The translations under genes were made by a program, and so were the position numbers. This document shows positions 1-13,787 of a stretch of 64,000 nt of DNA, one piece after another (the first letter of the stretch is position 1; each line of letters begins with the position of its first letter). The stretch comes from Camelus ferus (taxonomy: Eukaryota): assembly GCF_009834535.1 (NCBI RefSeq), contig NC_045697.1, positions 98,768,001 to 98,832,000 of the forward strand. The letters are read 5' to 3'. The notes beneath the pieces were generated by a model. It saw only the letters and a list, made by a program, of their open reading frames with translations. It was not told the origin of the DNA and did not search any database.

Positions 1-556
1 AGCTTAGCAGAGTTGGAATTGGAATCCAGGTTTTCTTATTTTTATAAGCTTCCTTTTTGAGGTCATTGAAGTGGCAGCTGGAGAAGAGGAAAGTCTTTGG
101 AAGTGTTGATGCCATTTAGCCTAGTGGAGGGAGTTCAGCAACAACAGGATCCCTTTAATTGATTCGGTAGGGCTGGGCAGGAGAGGGCGGGACCGGAGTG
201 AGATGGTTGGAGCCAGGAAGCCAGATACAGAATGGCAGAGACAGGCTGGAATCTAGTGAGGCAGGGAGAGAGCAGGGAAATTAGGGAGCTAAGGCAAATC
301 TCAGGAAAGAGCTAAAATTGGTTAGGCAAACTCTGGACTCAAAGTAGACAACTACCTACTTTATAATTTTATCTATAGCTAGCTATATCTATATCTTCTA
401 ATTATTTTGCTTTTCAGTTTTTCTCTCTTGATGTCCTGCATATTTTTATAAGATGGTTTACATTTATTGTAAGCCAATTTTGGTATTTTTGCAGCACTTT
501 TATGATGGAAAATGTAATTATTTTTATATTGTTCTATTGAAATTTTCAGCCTTTAA

Positions 557-703
557 TTTTTTTTTTTTTTTTACTATTTTATTTGAGAGAGGAGTAATTA
601 GATTTATTTATTTATTTATTAATGAAGGCACTGGGGATTGAACTCAGGACTTCGTTCGTGCTAAGCATGCACTCTACCACTGAGCTGTACCCTCCCCCCT
701 CCC
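557..703 (-). mobile_element. tRNA-Ala-derived SINE (camelid Vic-1 type)
   Basis: A-box AGCTCAGTGGTAG, B-box GAGTTCAATCCC, A-rich tail; CTTTAAT flanks. Confidence 0.9.
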
Positions 704-2169
704 TGTCTTTAATATTTTTAATTTGCCATTAGCCCAAAGAGCCCTTCAACCATTAATGTAATACTTTTGAAGTAGAAAGGATTTAGATACTAGGGCAAAG
801 GCAGTAAACGCTGCTTCTCAGGCCTTGAAGTACTGAATTTTCAAATGACAGCACGCTGAGAAGAACAAGGGACAGATCTGTATTGAAGTAAGATGTACAT
901 CTGGTTATCAGACCAAATGGATAGTGCAGAGTTTTTTGAGGGTAAAATTTTCAAATGGCAACAGTAGTTTTTCTCTAGGTGGTCTGGATATCTTGAAAGG
1001 AGATTAATGAATAGTTCACAGGAGTGTGGTATATATGCAGTTGACTTTGTGGAACCCTCTCCCCACAAAAACATCTTAGCCAGGATCCTGTTTTCCAGAA
1101 GTAAGTTTTGTGGATAAGGTAAATAAATGGTATAAGGGATGAAAAAAAAAAATGGGATAAGAAAGCAGGAGTCTTTTTCTATGTAGGTATATTAGTTGTT
1201 TCTAATTCTTCCAGGAAAAACATTTCAAAAGATCTGATTTGAGAATAAGAGAGAATAAAAATTAAAAGAAATATACATATATTTGTCAGAGCCTTAGGCC
1301 ATATGCTAGGTAACAAACACTGTTTTTTTTTTTAATTTTAGAACTTATAAAGTTGACATCCATCAGAAATGATAGTATTATGAAGGTAGCATATGAAAAA
1401 ACCTTGAAGTGTTACAAAGAGATAAAATGTTCCTTTAAAAATGTCCTCACAGATAACAAATGAGCTTTGAAAGGAATATGGCCTCACTTAGCCAAATATA
1501 ACTCAAAGCCTCCAAAGATTAGCCCAAGAAAGCAAACTTCCAGATTGGGAAGGGCTTCTGATTTACCTGCCACTACTCGGAGAAGGTAGTCTTCCCTGTG
1601 ACCTCACCTTGAGTATCACTCCTGCCAGCTCACTGGGCCATAAAGGGTGCACCCCCACTTAAGACTCTTCTTTTACTCCCCATTCCAATCTTGTCACTTG
1701 TGAGGCTCTCTAGCTTTTCCTTCTGTTCTCATCAACTTTCATTCCTGTTCAGAACCCTTATTGTTCAACCTCGAGGGGAGGTCTTTGGGGTTTGAGCAGC
1801 TTGGTGAACCGACTCATTCTCTTGACAACCAGGCCCTGGTCCTGCCCCCAGTAGCCGTGCTTGTACCATGTGACTTTGCTCTCTTTGGCTCTCATTGGCT
1901 CTCATTGACTGATTTATCAGCAAGGTACACCCCACCTAAATTGGACCTATCATATATGTTCTTTCAGGAATTTGGAATTGGGACCAACAGGCCACCTACG
2001 GTCTCTTACTCTGTGTGCATCCTTGTATGTATATGCTGGTAGCTGTGAGAGAGCTATATAGAAACTGAGAGCCAGGAAAGCCCTTCAGCTATGGCTCAGC
2101 CACCAGGAGAAGCAAACAGCAGGCAGGAAATGTGTGGGTTCCTGGTAGCCATCTGGATCCACACCATTC

Positions 2170-3560
2170 CAGTGGCTGGCGGTGAATCCAACTTTTGTAG
2201 GGCCTGATGCTTATATAAGTTGGGGGACCCTCTGTAAAATAGAAAATTATGAATACAAAATTAGGTATGAATATAAATACTTATTTAAATGGGAAATAAA
2301 TCACAAAAAAATGACAGATTTTAAAAAACTGATCAATACCTCAAATATTACAAAATCCCGAATAAAGTATACTATACTATTTTTAATTAATCAACTACCT
2401 GACTTGCCTCTAAAGTAATTTTCCTACATTCATTGGCTATATACTCTCTCATTTCTTCATGTGATGATTTTGCAATATTATTTTCTATGGAAAGAATAGA
2501 AAGATAATTTTTTCCTCCCTTAGAATATTAAAATTTGGTTTTTATTCCTGATAACTTAGTAAAGTTTCTATCAGCCTCCTATTTGTTATCAATAATGTCT
2601 TATAAGTTTTAGGATAATTATCAATTTGCAGGAACTTCTATCACATTTCTTTCATATAGATATAAGATTTCAGCTCATTGCAGTTTTCTTATACAGTGAC
2701 TAATCTTAGATATTTGACTTGAAGACACTTGTTAGGGGAGTGGGTGTAGCCCAGTGGTAGAGTGCATGCTTAGCATGCACGAGGTCCTTGGTCAATTCCC
2801 AGTACCTTCATTTAAAAAAAATAATTTTTTAAAGAAAACTCTCATTAATTAGTTACTATTTGATGTTCAGTGAGTAATGATGATGAGTCTTATGTTATCT
2901 CTGGATGTCACTGATGCCAAATCAGCCAGATATTTACATCTTTTGCCAGTGTGTTCCTCTAATTCATTCCTCCTTATCAGTTGGGTATGAAATAATCCAG
3001 AGATTCCTCATTTATTTTCAAATTTATCTTTTCCTTTCAATGTTTGCTTTGGTACGATCTGAAATTATGATCTTGAATTTCTATTTTTGATGTGACCATC
3101 ACCTTTATCACTTTTATTTCATAGTCCTTTAATTTTTATCTAAATAAAAAACATGTATTCAAAAACAAATAAACAAATAAATAAAATTTTAATTGATAAG
3201 AAGGTACCCTTCATATCTATTCAAATCAGGAATCTAGTTATTTGTTTCCTTGAATGTTCCAAAATGTTTTTTCAAATTACAGCCAAAATGCACATTCAAG
3301 CTTTATCAACCTTTTGAATAAATATTTTACATCTTGTTTGTATATGAGTTTCTCTTCTGAATTTTCAAAAAATGTGTTTTAGAATCCTCAATTTGTCATT
3401 ATGCCCATGCTGCAAAGCTTGAATAGTTTTACAATGGACAGGCTATCTTGTTATATGGAGATCCTGAAGGGAAGTCCAAGGTGGCATCAGTGTTTAAATG
3501 CTCCATCTAAGGATTAGAGATGGTTCATCTGACATATGAACCTGAAAATAAAACATGTAA
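2170..3560. mobile_element. Old hAT-Tip100 (Zaphod-like) DNA transposon fragment, interrupted by a SINE
   Basis: Start resembles the recalled Zaphod end (AATCCAACTTTTGTAGGGCCTGATGCTTATA..GGGGGACCCTCT..GAATACAAAATTAGGTA); right boundary uncertain. Confidence 0.55.
2735..2833 (+). mobile_element. Vic-1-type SINE, short form
   Basis: GTAGCCCAGTGGTAGAGTGCATGCTTAGCATGCACGAGGTCC...CCCAGTACC plus A tail. Confidence 0.88.
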
Positions 3561-4145
3561 CTGTTGCAAAATACTGAAGCAGTCCACAACTTTAAGCTTG
3601 CCAGAGGCAACTTTCCCCAATTCCAAGTCTCTCCCTAGAGAAAAAATAGCCAGTAATGGCTGGTGCAGACTCCAGGAATGAGTGAGTAGAAAAGACAGTG
3701 ATCTTAACCAACTGTGGTTACAATGTCTTACTTTAACAAATTTTACAAAAACACTTGACCATGCAAAGTATATTGCTGGGGCCTGTTCCGGGTTCTCTAT
3801 AGCAGTCAGTTTAAGTAAGAGTCCCTGAACTTGGTTTATTAACATGAAACTCAGCTGTCCACTTGCTTCAAGTTTCTCTGAATCACTTCTGTTCAGTTGT
3901 AAAATACTTTTTTTCAGCTTAGGCTACATCAAGTTGGTTCCTATCTTTTGCAAGCCAAGTATCTCGTACAAGACTCATATTTTTCCCAGATTACTACATT
4001 AGATCTGCAACTGGTATGCCTAGTACTGTTCCCTATTCCACTTGGTTTTTCACACCCCTGCCAGATGAAGCTCCCTATGGCATAGTTTCGATGATGTCAT
4101 TACTCAGAACCTCTGAGTACAAAGTCCTCAACTTAGCATTGAATG

Positions 4146-4663
4146 TGATGGGGTTCAGGACACACTGCCGCGGAATGTGTTACCTTGGCATATTGAGTGT
4201 TTTAAGTTGAAGGAGTTTGATTAAATAGCAGAAGCAAGAATGTCACTCTGACTCCCTCTCACCTACCCCTTCTTTCCTTCCATAAAACCCTCCTGTGAGA
4301 GGTGCCTTCTCTGTACCTCTAGAAAATGAGCATCCTTATCTCCAAACACAAAGGGACACCAAGAGAAGTACCAAGACACCAAGAGGCCTTGCTAGGTTTC
4401 CCCCAGTTTACAACAATTACCTCCCATTCCTTAATCTATCACACTCCTCCACAACTGTCCACTCTCCACCCAACCTAAAGTAAAAGCATACAGATCTGAC
4501 TTTCTTTGGGTCTTCATTTCTGTATGAAAGCTCCCATGTCCTATAAAACTTATATTAAACAAATACGTATACTTTCCCTCTCTTAATCTGTCTTTGTCAG
4601 TTTACTTCTCAGACCAAGCCAGGGACCCTTAGAGGGCAGAGGAAAACTTTTCCCTCCCCTACA
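4146..4663 (+). mobile_element. ERV1 solo LTR (MER34/MER39-like) inserted in an L2 fragment
   Basis: TG...CA ends (TGATGGGGTTCAGGAC...TTCCCTCCCCTACA), ATTAAA signal, 4-bp flanks AATG/AAGG. Confidence 0.75.
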
Positions 4664-5439
4664 AAGGCCTCTGTGCAATGACCCACTGCCATCTCTTCAG
4701 GCTTAGTTCCCACCACCTTCCTTGATGGAGTCCTGGCACCAGCCACAACGGGCTGCTCAGGATCCTGCCCTGAACTGTCCCACCCCTCTGCCTTCGCCCT
4801 GGACTCTCCTCCTATATGAACTCCTTCTCTTGCTCTGGCTGTCAGAGCTACCGATCTTTCAGGATCGGCCTCAAATGTCCTCTCTTCCCTTGAAGTTTTT
4901 CCTGAGTTCCCAACAAACCTCCATCCCCCAAACTAAGTATAATTTTTGCCCCACTTTGACTCACCATAGCTTTTGATTCTTACTTTATCAATGATGCTAT
5001 ATTTGGCCTCAGTTTATATCATTGTATACAGTAGCCTTACATGTTTCACAAAGGTTAGGCTCCAAATTCAGCGAGCAAGGGGGAGAAAAGTTATTGTCTA
5101 AAAACTCCCCAGAAATTTCTTAAGAAGGTGCCAATTCAGAGAACAATTGCTCTCCCTAGGTCTACGGCATTGTCCTTCAGCATCAGAAGACATCACTGTT
5201 GCCCACAAGATGAAATGAATTGACCTGCAGGGAGGGACCCCATAGGCAACTACAAAGCTAAAATCACCCTCAGCTTGGCCAAATATGAGAGTTGCAGGAA
5301 CTGAGCAAGATAGTTCTTCATTCCACTCCCTCCAAAGCATGTGACAACTGAGTAGAATGAGAAGAGGAACCTCCCTCTCCATTTAAATTCTTCTCTTGGT
5401 CTCAGTGCATATGGTTGCCTTCATATAAATTAAATGCAC

Positions 5440-5720
5440 AGATGATAGGATTTTGATTTCTGACCCCACCACTTACTAGATAGGTAACCATGCCCAAGTT
5501 ATTTAATCACTTATTTTCTCTACACCTCAGTTTACATCTGCAAAAAGGAACAGTAGTAAGGCCTAATTAACAAGCTTGTTGTAAGGGCTGAAATTAGCCT
5601 GTAAAATAATACTGTGTACTTTCTAGTTTTTTAATAAAAGTTAATGAGCCTATGTATAGAAAGCACATAGAAAAGTGTCTTGGCACGTATTAGTGCTCAA
5701 TAAATATTACCTATTATTAT
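5440..5720 (+). mobile_element. MIR SINE remnant
   Basis: Core CCACTTACTAG...CAAGTTATTTAA...CCTCAGTTT..CATCTG-AAAA, tail GCTCAATAAATATT. Confidence 0.65.
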
Positions 5721-5817
5721 TTCTTCTCTGTCTTTTCTCATCTGCTTGTAAAGGATTAACTAAGACACACTTACTGCCTATCACAGAGTAAGTACTCCAT
5801 AAGGATTGGCTATTATT

Positions 5818-5874
<57 letters not shown>
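5818..5874. repeat. Perfect (ATC)19 microsatellite
   Basis: Direct count. Confidence 0.95.
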
Positions 5875-5875
<1 letters not shown>

Positions 5876-8744
5876 CACTAGTGTGTCCTCCCTATTGCAC
5901 GTTTTTTGGGGGCAGGGACATTATCTTACACAACTTTGTGTGCTTGCAGTGACTCAGATAGTGCTTGGAACATATGAGTCACTCAAAAAATAATCAAAAA
6001 TCAAGTAATGTTTTCCCCCTCCAAAACATTGTTACATTGATTTTAATTTTTGCAAGTTCATAAAGAAATAAAAGAAATGTATATTCACGAATACCTGAAT
6101 AACTTTCCTCCCCTCTTAAATTGTCTTTACCATCTTCTGCAAAATTCTTCTTTGCAAGAACTCCCCCAGATGGCACTGAATAACTTCCTGAATAGGAGTT
6201 ATTCAAGTACCAGAGTTGGACTGTGAATTGCTTGGTGGTAAATGTTGACTTTGGCTTCTCTGAGTTTTACTAAGGACATTTGTATATAAAAACTGATCTT
6301 TAAAGCTAGTAATTCATGGTCTGTGGCTTGAAACTACCTTGGAAATGATGCCAGGACACCAAGAAATATATAATTCTACATTTGTACCTGATTACAAATT
6401 TTTTTGTATGTTTGGTCTCCTGTTTTCTAAATAAAGACAATAATACCTAGTGACCTCAAAAACTTGGTAACAAACAATAATAATAAATACAATGCTTAGG
6501 AAGTTAGTATGACTGGAGTCTATTAGTTAAAAGACAGCCATTGTCAGAGATGATTTTTTTCATACAAGTGCTTATTTAGGAAGGTTTTTCCCTTTCTACA
6601 GCTCACATCTTTCAAAGGGACCACACAGAAGAGAGGGAAAGGGAGACTTTCAGACAGCATCATATTGAAACAACCTTTCCAATCAATGAGATGACAGTGG
6701 TGTCAGCCAGACGGAGCTCTGTTACCCAGATAGGTGTCAAATACTCCTCTTTCTTACTTTAAGAAATGGAGAATTGTTATCCTCCTAACAACGGGTGTGA
6801 TCTTTTCTCTTAGGAATAAGACCCACTTCTCTTGGGAAAATTCCACGGTTAGCCTGCTTAGAAGCTGAGACCTAAGTGTGAAAAAGAACTGTCCAGCCTT
6901 GAACAAGGAGAGGGATTTGTCGGCTGCGCTGGAGAGGCAGGGGGTGGAGGTGGAGCTTTTGAGATGGTAGAACATTAGCTGTGCCCTGTGAGATGCATCC
7001 ATCCAGCAGCCCCACAAATTCTTGGCAAGGTTATTAACCTCACAGAGAGCTTGGCAGATATGGAATCCAGTGAAAACAGTGAGGAGAGTGATCCTAAGTT
7101 CCATCTTTGCCTAAGGCAGGGCCACAGCTTCGGAGGATTCACAGAAATCTCACAGCAGGATCTGGACTCTCACAGTCCATAAAGTACATGGGTGCTGGCA
7201 TCAAGTTTTCCTAAATCTCTGAAGGGTGGGAAGGCTCCAGTCCCATCTGGTTTACATTGGTAGTAGTATTAAGACTCTTTAAACAAATTGGAGGGAAAAT
7301 AAGAAATAAACATTTTTTTTAAGTACTTTTAAGTGAAACTGTAGAGCCTTTTGCCTATAGGCAGACCACTTTCACCATTAGAGCTGGAATACTTTCTTGC
7401 TATTTTGAGCAAAACTACTTAAAAATGGAGGTTGCTTTACTTTCTTGTAACACCCACTTGTATCCTATCTAGAAATTAGGGGTCATCAAAACAGAAATAC
7501 AAATTTTATCCTTTCTTATCTGAAGGTTTAATTTTTTAGAATAAACTTGGCTTTTTTCTTATTACAAAAATAACACATGACCATTTTTTTTAAAGTTTTA
7601 AAGCACAAGAAAATAAAGCCACGTCTCTTAAAATTATAAAATAAATTAATCGCAAGCCTCTGTTAAATGTAAAGCTCATTCTCAGTATGGTATGGATCGC
7701 ATATGCTGAGAGTGAATTAGAGGTGAAGGTTACGGAAGTGTCATTGTTGCTTTGGGAAAAAAGATAAAAGAAGAAAGAACTTTGCCGTTTACCCATTGAA
7801 TTATCTGGACTCTTGATGGCACATGACAGAAACTGACTTGAGTCAGCTTAGCCAAATATGGCAATAAATTTATTGGTTCATGTATTCAAATCATAGGAAA
7901 GGCAAGGACAATTGTAACAAGACCTCTCACTTTCAGGATGCTTCTTCTCTATCTTCTCTGCTTCTCTTACTAGTTTGGGTTTATTCTCTCAAGCCAGCTG
8001 CTACATGAAAGATACTGTGGCCTTCAGGCTCACATCCTCACCATGCCCATGGGCCTCATAGATAGAGTGAGAGTGGAGCAATTCTTACAAATATCAGGAG
8101 TGTTATTTCTAGAAGAATAGAAAAATGTCGGAAGAAAAAAAATTCAGTATAGTTTATTCTTTTTTTGGCTGCAACCTCCCCTGCCACATACACTCATATG
8201 AATACTCTTCTTCCCATACATGCGATTCCAAAAGAATCCTTGCCTCAGCACTCTGCAGCCGCTCGTATCCTTGTCCCAGCTCCAAGTTCACTGTGTCATT
8301 TCAGTTCATGATCAAGATGGATGGGGGCCTCATTTCCTTACAGCTTACAAATAAATAATAAATATAAATATCCCCAATGCACCTAAGTGTACAATGATGG
8401 AGAAAAAAATAAGACAAACATTCCTTCAAAAGGAATGTTCAAATGAGGGAAAACGGAGAAAGCAACACTCAGAGCACAGACCACTTCTTCCTGGAAAGGG
8501 GTAGCAAGTCTTTGTGGACTCAGAGCATTGAATCTTGGAGGGAGCTTTGCAGAAGGTACTACTAAGGCTCTGTCTACAAATATCCTAGTTGAATGGGCAG
8601 AATTATACATTTATAGCTAAGGTACAACTGGTGCAGTTTCCATGCAGTAGCTTTGTGAGCCTAAAATTTTGCCAGTGTTGCTTGGACATTATTGAACCCA
8701 GTGGCTTTTAAATTGAATGGCAACTAGAAAAAGAAAGAAAGATG

Positions 8745-8850
8745 AAATATATACGTATATCAAATCATTATATTGTACACCTTAAAATTGTGCAATGTTG
8801 TATGTCAATTATATTACAATAAAACTGGAAAAATGGAACCAAAAATAAAT
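8745..8850 (+). mobile_element. L1 extreme 3' end
   Basis: ATCAAATCATTATATTGTACACCTTAAA..GTCAATTATATTACAATAAA plus A-rich tail. Confidence 0.7.
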
Positions 8851-9455
8851 TAAAAGAAGAAAAGAAAGAAAGAAAGAAGGAAAAGAAGGAAGGAAAGACC
8901 TGCAAAGGAGAGAAGCTCTTGCTGTCTTTTACAGTAGGCATTTACACCTTATTGTTATACTGAATGCGGGATTTTAGGCAGATCTGAGGGTAAAAAAATC
9001 TCCTAAAGGAGGAGTAGGGCATCCTTCTCTTTATTAAGGAGAATCTTTAGCCAAAATTTAAAAACCTTTACTTTTATGAAGTAACAAATATAAAAAAACG
9101 CATTGATAAGTATGAATATGTCTGACAAAGAAAGCAAATCCATGAAAGGGCCAGTATCTAAAGAACATCTTAGAAAAAAAGGAGGCATGTTAACGTGGCA
9201 GCAAGAACAAGAAGATGAACAGTACAGTAGATTAATTAGGTTCCAGCCTGACCTTTCTGGTATTCAGATTTAAGTCCGATGGATCCCTCAAGCAAGCCGA
9301 AGTAGCGGGAGACCATATGTAAGCCAGCTATCCCCGCTGTGATGTAACTATGCTGCATTGACTTTTGGGTGTGACCAAACTAAAGGACTGGGGTGGGGTT
9401 GGGAGAGGCAACTACCAATGCTTCCTCAGTAAACAAGCATGTTAAATAATTTCTT

Positions 9456-9580
9456 TTGGTGGGCGAAGGGAGGTAATTAGGCTTATCTATTTATTTTTCT
9501 TAATGGAGGTACTGAGGATTGAACCCAGGACCTCATACCTGCTAGGCTTGTACTCTGCCACTGAGCTATACCCTTCCCCC
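9456..9580 (-). mobile_element. Vic-1-type SINE
   Basis: A/B boxes; TSD ATAATTTCTT. Confidence 0.9.
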
Positions 9581-10386
9581 AGATAATTTCTTATTTTACT
9601 TCACCATTCTAAGTTTAGTGGATTCATGAAAACAGTTATATGCATAGAGCAACGAGTAGCAAAACTCAAAAATACTATACTTTTGAATATAGTTAAAGGA
9701 TATAAAAGTTTTAGGAAGTTAAGTTTACACAATTCAGAAGTTTTAAAAGTTGAGTTTTTCCAATAAGGGTTAATACCATATTATTCATATACAAGTCACT
9801 CAATTCTGAACGTAAAATTGTATATGAAATGAAAAATAGGGGATTTACACAAAAAAAGTTTAATGGATTATTTGAGTTGTTTTATTTTGAATATTCTAGT
9901 TCCATTTGTATTTATTTACTTAAGAAGGGTAGAGAAAACCATGTCAATGAAAGAAAATTTGCTGCATTATGTTGCTCTTTATGGAGAAATGTAAGAGTTG
10001 TAATAGCATCATCAATATAACTAAAACATTTCAATATTTAGAAAATTAATATAAGTTGCTTCTAAATTTTTTCCTTAATTTTTATGTTTAGGCTGTAAAG
10101 GAGCTACTGTTCTCAGATGCCAGCGTCTCAGACTTTTCCCTTTGAGTTTTTGAGTTTTGTGTCTGAGATTGTTAGGTGATGGGGAAATGACCCCTCAAAT
10201 AGGTATTTCAAAGTAGTTTAATAATTCTGTTGACAATGAAAACAAGAGTATTTTCACATTGAAACTTTCCTTTTTTATTTTTATATCCATAGGAGGGGGA
10301 AACTTATGTAAACATTCTGAGTGAAAATGATACTGTTAAACAAATCGTTTTAAAAGTTAGGTTAGACTGTACATTTAAAAATGTTT

Positions 10387-10510
10387 GGGGGGAGGGTATA
10401 GCTCAGTGGTAGAGTGCATGCTTTGCATGCAGGAGGTCCTGGGTTCCATCCTCAGTACCTAAGTCTAAATAAATAAATAAAACCTAACCCCCCCCCAATT
10501 TAAAAAAAAA
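10387..10510 (+). mobile_element. Vic-1-type SINE
   Basis: GGGGAGGGTATAGCTCAGTGGTAGAG...GGGTTCCATCC, tail (TAAA)n-CCCC. Confidence 0.9.
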
Positions 10511-10683
10511 TTTTTTTTAAAAGTTGAATTTTACATTATGTGTATTTTACCACAGTAAAAACAGTTGAAAAAGGGGTAAAGTAGAATTAGACTTATAGAT
10601 GGAAGTGCATCTTTTAGATACATGATTAAGTTTGCCGCTTCACTGATTGGTTGCTTATTTTTTCATGAGAAAAATATTACATT

Positions 10684-11012
10684 CCAGATCTGCACTATTC
10701 AGCACTGTCACCACTAGCCACATGTGGCTTTTGAGCATTTTCATTGTGGCTTGTCCAAATTGACATGTGCTGTAAATGTAAAATACTCCAGATTTCAAAG
10801 AGTGCAAAAAAAAAAAGTAAAGTAACTTAGTAGTAGTTTTTTTTTTATTAATGACATGTTGACTTGATAATATTTTGGATATATTGAGTTAAATCAAATA
10901 ATTTTTAAAAATCAATTTCATTTTTTTTAACTTTTTTTTAATGTGGCTACTAAAACATTGAAAATTATAGTCATCACTGGCACTGTATTTTTGATGAACA
11001 GTGCTGCTCTGG
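10684..11012. mobile_element. MER33-like hAT-Charlie MITE
   Basis: Imperfect terminal inverted repeats CCAGATCTGCACTATTCA / TGAACAGTGCTGCTCTGG; CCACTAGCCACATGTGGC motif. Confidence 0.75.
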
Positions 11013-12699
11013 ACAGACTTTCTTACAGCAAGAAGGGCTTAGTTAACTCTTGTCTCATCTGGGGAGAGGGAGGTGGGGGACAATGTGGGCAGTTCTCCCA
11101 GAAAAGGAAAACCTAAAACCTGAAAATCAAGAAATTATTCTTATAATAGGATACTGAAATATTTGTCTTGAACTGTATGACTTCAAAATCTATTCCAAAG
11201 CCATCATCTTATGATGTTTTATTTTTTAGGTTTAACCAGAAAAGCTAAATCCTCTGACACTTCTCCAGATAATTTACCCAAAATATTTGAAATAGAACAG
11301 TATAATATTTTTCCTTCTAGAATGGAATTTTAACTTTAACTTTATAAAATTTCTGGAAATACTTCCATGTTTAAAATTTTTTAAAAATAAAGCTGAGTGG
11401 TAGTAAGACCAACACTATTTGTTTCATTGCCTTCTGGCCTTTGTCCATGTACTTAGAAAATGAATACACACACAGGATCTCTTCAATTACTTGTTTCCTT
11501 TGTTTACAGGCAGCATTTAGATTCAGTGTGCTATCTACCTCTTTCCGTCCTCTCTAGTCACCCTCTTTTCTTCAGAGCACCACATGCAAAATCTCAAACC
11601 CTGTGCCTTGCACCAAATCCCGATTGCTTTCTAGCATGAAAGAGAAATCACATGAATATTCACTTCCTTCCTGAATTGCAGTTGCAATTGGGTTTAATTA
11701 TGAATTCCCATCAATCAATTGCCCCTTCATCCTTCTGCTTCCTCCACGTGTGCACCCCCTCCTCCCCTCCCCCTCACACTCTCTTCCTCTCACATTTCTG
11801 GTGAGCCTGGTGTTGGAAGCTGTCTGACTTAGTGCCCTCTTCTGTTTAAAGCTTTCAGTGCACATCCAGACAACTGACCATTTTCTCAAAGAAAATGAGC
11901 TCTGAAAGAGCTTGAAATTATTGGAAGCAAATCTATCAGGTTTGTGTGCAAGTCGAAAGCTGTATAAATGGAAGCTTCTGAGAAATGTGGGGTCAACAAA
12001 CAAATTCAAAAGGACCGGTTTTCATTAACTCGACAATAGTGTCTGAAAATTAGATTTGTCTCTTTCTTTTTCCAGAACTATGCATAGTACTTTTAAATTT
12101 CCAATATTTCTGATTTAGACAACGTCAACATTCTTTTAAAAGTCAACTAAACCAAGTTTGGCTGCTTTCTTATTAGACAGGGTGTATCTTGCTACACTAA
12201 TGTTGACTTTTTTTTTAAGTTGTTTTGACAAAAAGGGATGTTTGTTTAAATTTGTACCATGTTTTTGATGACAGCCCCATTACTGCCTTCTTTACCTGCT
12301 GAAGGGACAGAGGGGGTCAGAGGATAATGTTCTCCAGTCTAATCAGATTATAACTTGGTGGGTTTGTTGTTATAAGGATCAAATGAGATAACATGTAAAA
12401 ATGGCTTCACACTATAAAGCCAAAGGTGTTACTAGCCAAATATAAAATTAAACGATCTCTTTTGGATTTGAAGATGAAAACATTTGGGAACCCACTTTGA
12501 TGTTTTGGATAGTAAAAAAGTTCTGTTTGTTATAAAAGTTTAGCAGCAATGTAACCCTGATACAACTGTCCCCAAGGCCTTAGAGACACCTTATAAACCA
12601 TCATGATCAAGACATATAAGGAGAAAAGTTTTGGCTGTAGTGAAATCAAATGGTCCCCAGATCTGAATGGTCTAAGATTTTTTTTTAGTAATACTTAAT

Positions 12700-13128
12700 T
12701 TTTTAAATTGTGGTAGTAAGCACCTAATATAAAATTTATCATCTTAACTATTTTAAGTGCACAGTTCAGCAGTGTTAAGTATATTCACATTGTTGTACAC
12801 AGACCTCTAGAACTTTTTCAACTTGCAAAACTGAACCACTATATCCATTCCTATTTTCCCTTTCCCCTCAGCCCCTGACAGCTGCCATTCTACTTTCTGT
12901 TTCGGTGAATTTGACTACTTTAAATATCTCATATAAGTGGAATCATGCAGCATTTGCCTTTTTGTGACTGGCTCACCTCACTTGGCGTAATGTCCTTGTG
13001 GTTCATCCATGTTATAGCATATGACAAAGTTTCTTTCCTTTTTAAAGCTGAATAATATTCTGCTCTACATATATACAACATTTAGTCTATCCTTTCACCA
13101 GCTGATGAACATTTGGATTGCTCCCACA
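12700..13128 (-). mobile_element. Old L1 (L1MA/MB-type) 3' end
   Basis: TTTTAAGTGCACAGTTCAG...ATAAGTGGAATCATGCAG...GTTCATCCATGTT motifs. Confidence 0.8.
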
Positions 13129-13718
13129 TGGTCTACAGAAGGTTCTTGTTTTAATAATAGTGTGCTCCAAATTAGTTAGCTTGTCTAAGATCAAAGGAAT
13201 ACACAGGCATACATCACCTCCGATGAGAGAATGTGTTGCAGGGATATGTGGGGACTTGGAGTGACAAGAAAGGAAAGTAGCTCTGGAAATTTCCTCATCC
13301 AGCTGCTCCTACTTTCGGAGACTGAGTAACAGGAGCTACAGGAACCAGGACTTTTATTCACAGCAGTAATCTTAACTAGAATGATTCACCTCCTTTTTGG
13401 TATAAAACGACTCATCTTCCTGTATAATTCCCAAAAGAGATATTTTATTTGAGTCAGTTTGTAACCATTTATTGTGGCATAGTATCCTGGGACAGAATGC
13501 TACCCAGACCTCCTCAGTGGCAGCTGGCCCACCTCATGCCTTATGTCGCTGCCTTTAACCTGTGCTCCAGTCCTGGATGGAGTCTGCTATGACCAGAAGA
13601 GCAGGCTGAGTTTCATCTGAAGTGCGTGCAGTAGGCAGAATAGCTCAGATAGGAAGCAGTCATTTAGTCTCTTCCTTTAGGATGGTGCTCCAAATGTGTA
13701 AGTCTGTGCCTTATAGAA

Positions 13719-13748
13719 CACACACACACGTGTGTATGTGTGTGTGTT

Positions 13749-13779
<31 letters not shown>

Positions 13780-13787
13780 ATATATAG
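13719..13787. repeat. Compound (CA)n/(TG)n/(TATG)n/(TA)n microsatellite
   Basis: Direct reading. Confidence 0.9.

Noticed and set aside
9285..9340. Faint resemblance to the antisense 5' end of 7SL RNA (CCGAAGTAGCGGGAGAC..)
   Set aside because: Too short and gapped, and adjacent sequence does not continue the match
10387..10460. tRNA-Ala-like sequences, here and in 15 other places
   Set aside because: They are SINE heads: diverged stems, shared non-tRNA 3' segment, A tails and TSDs
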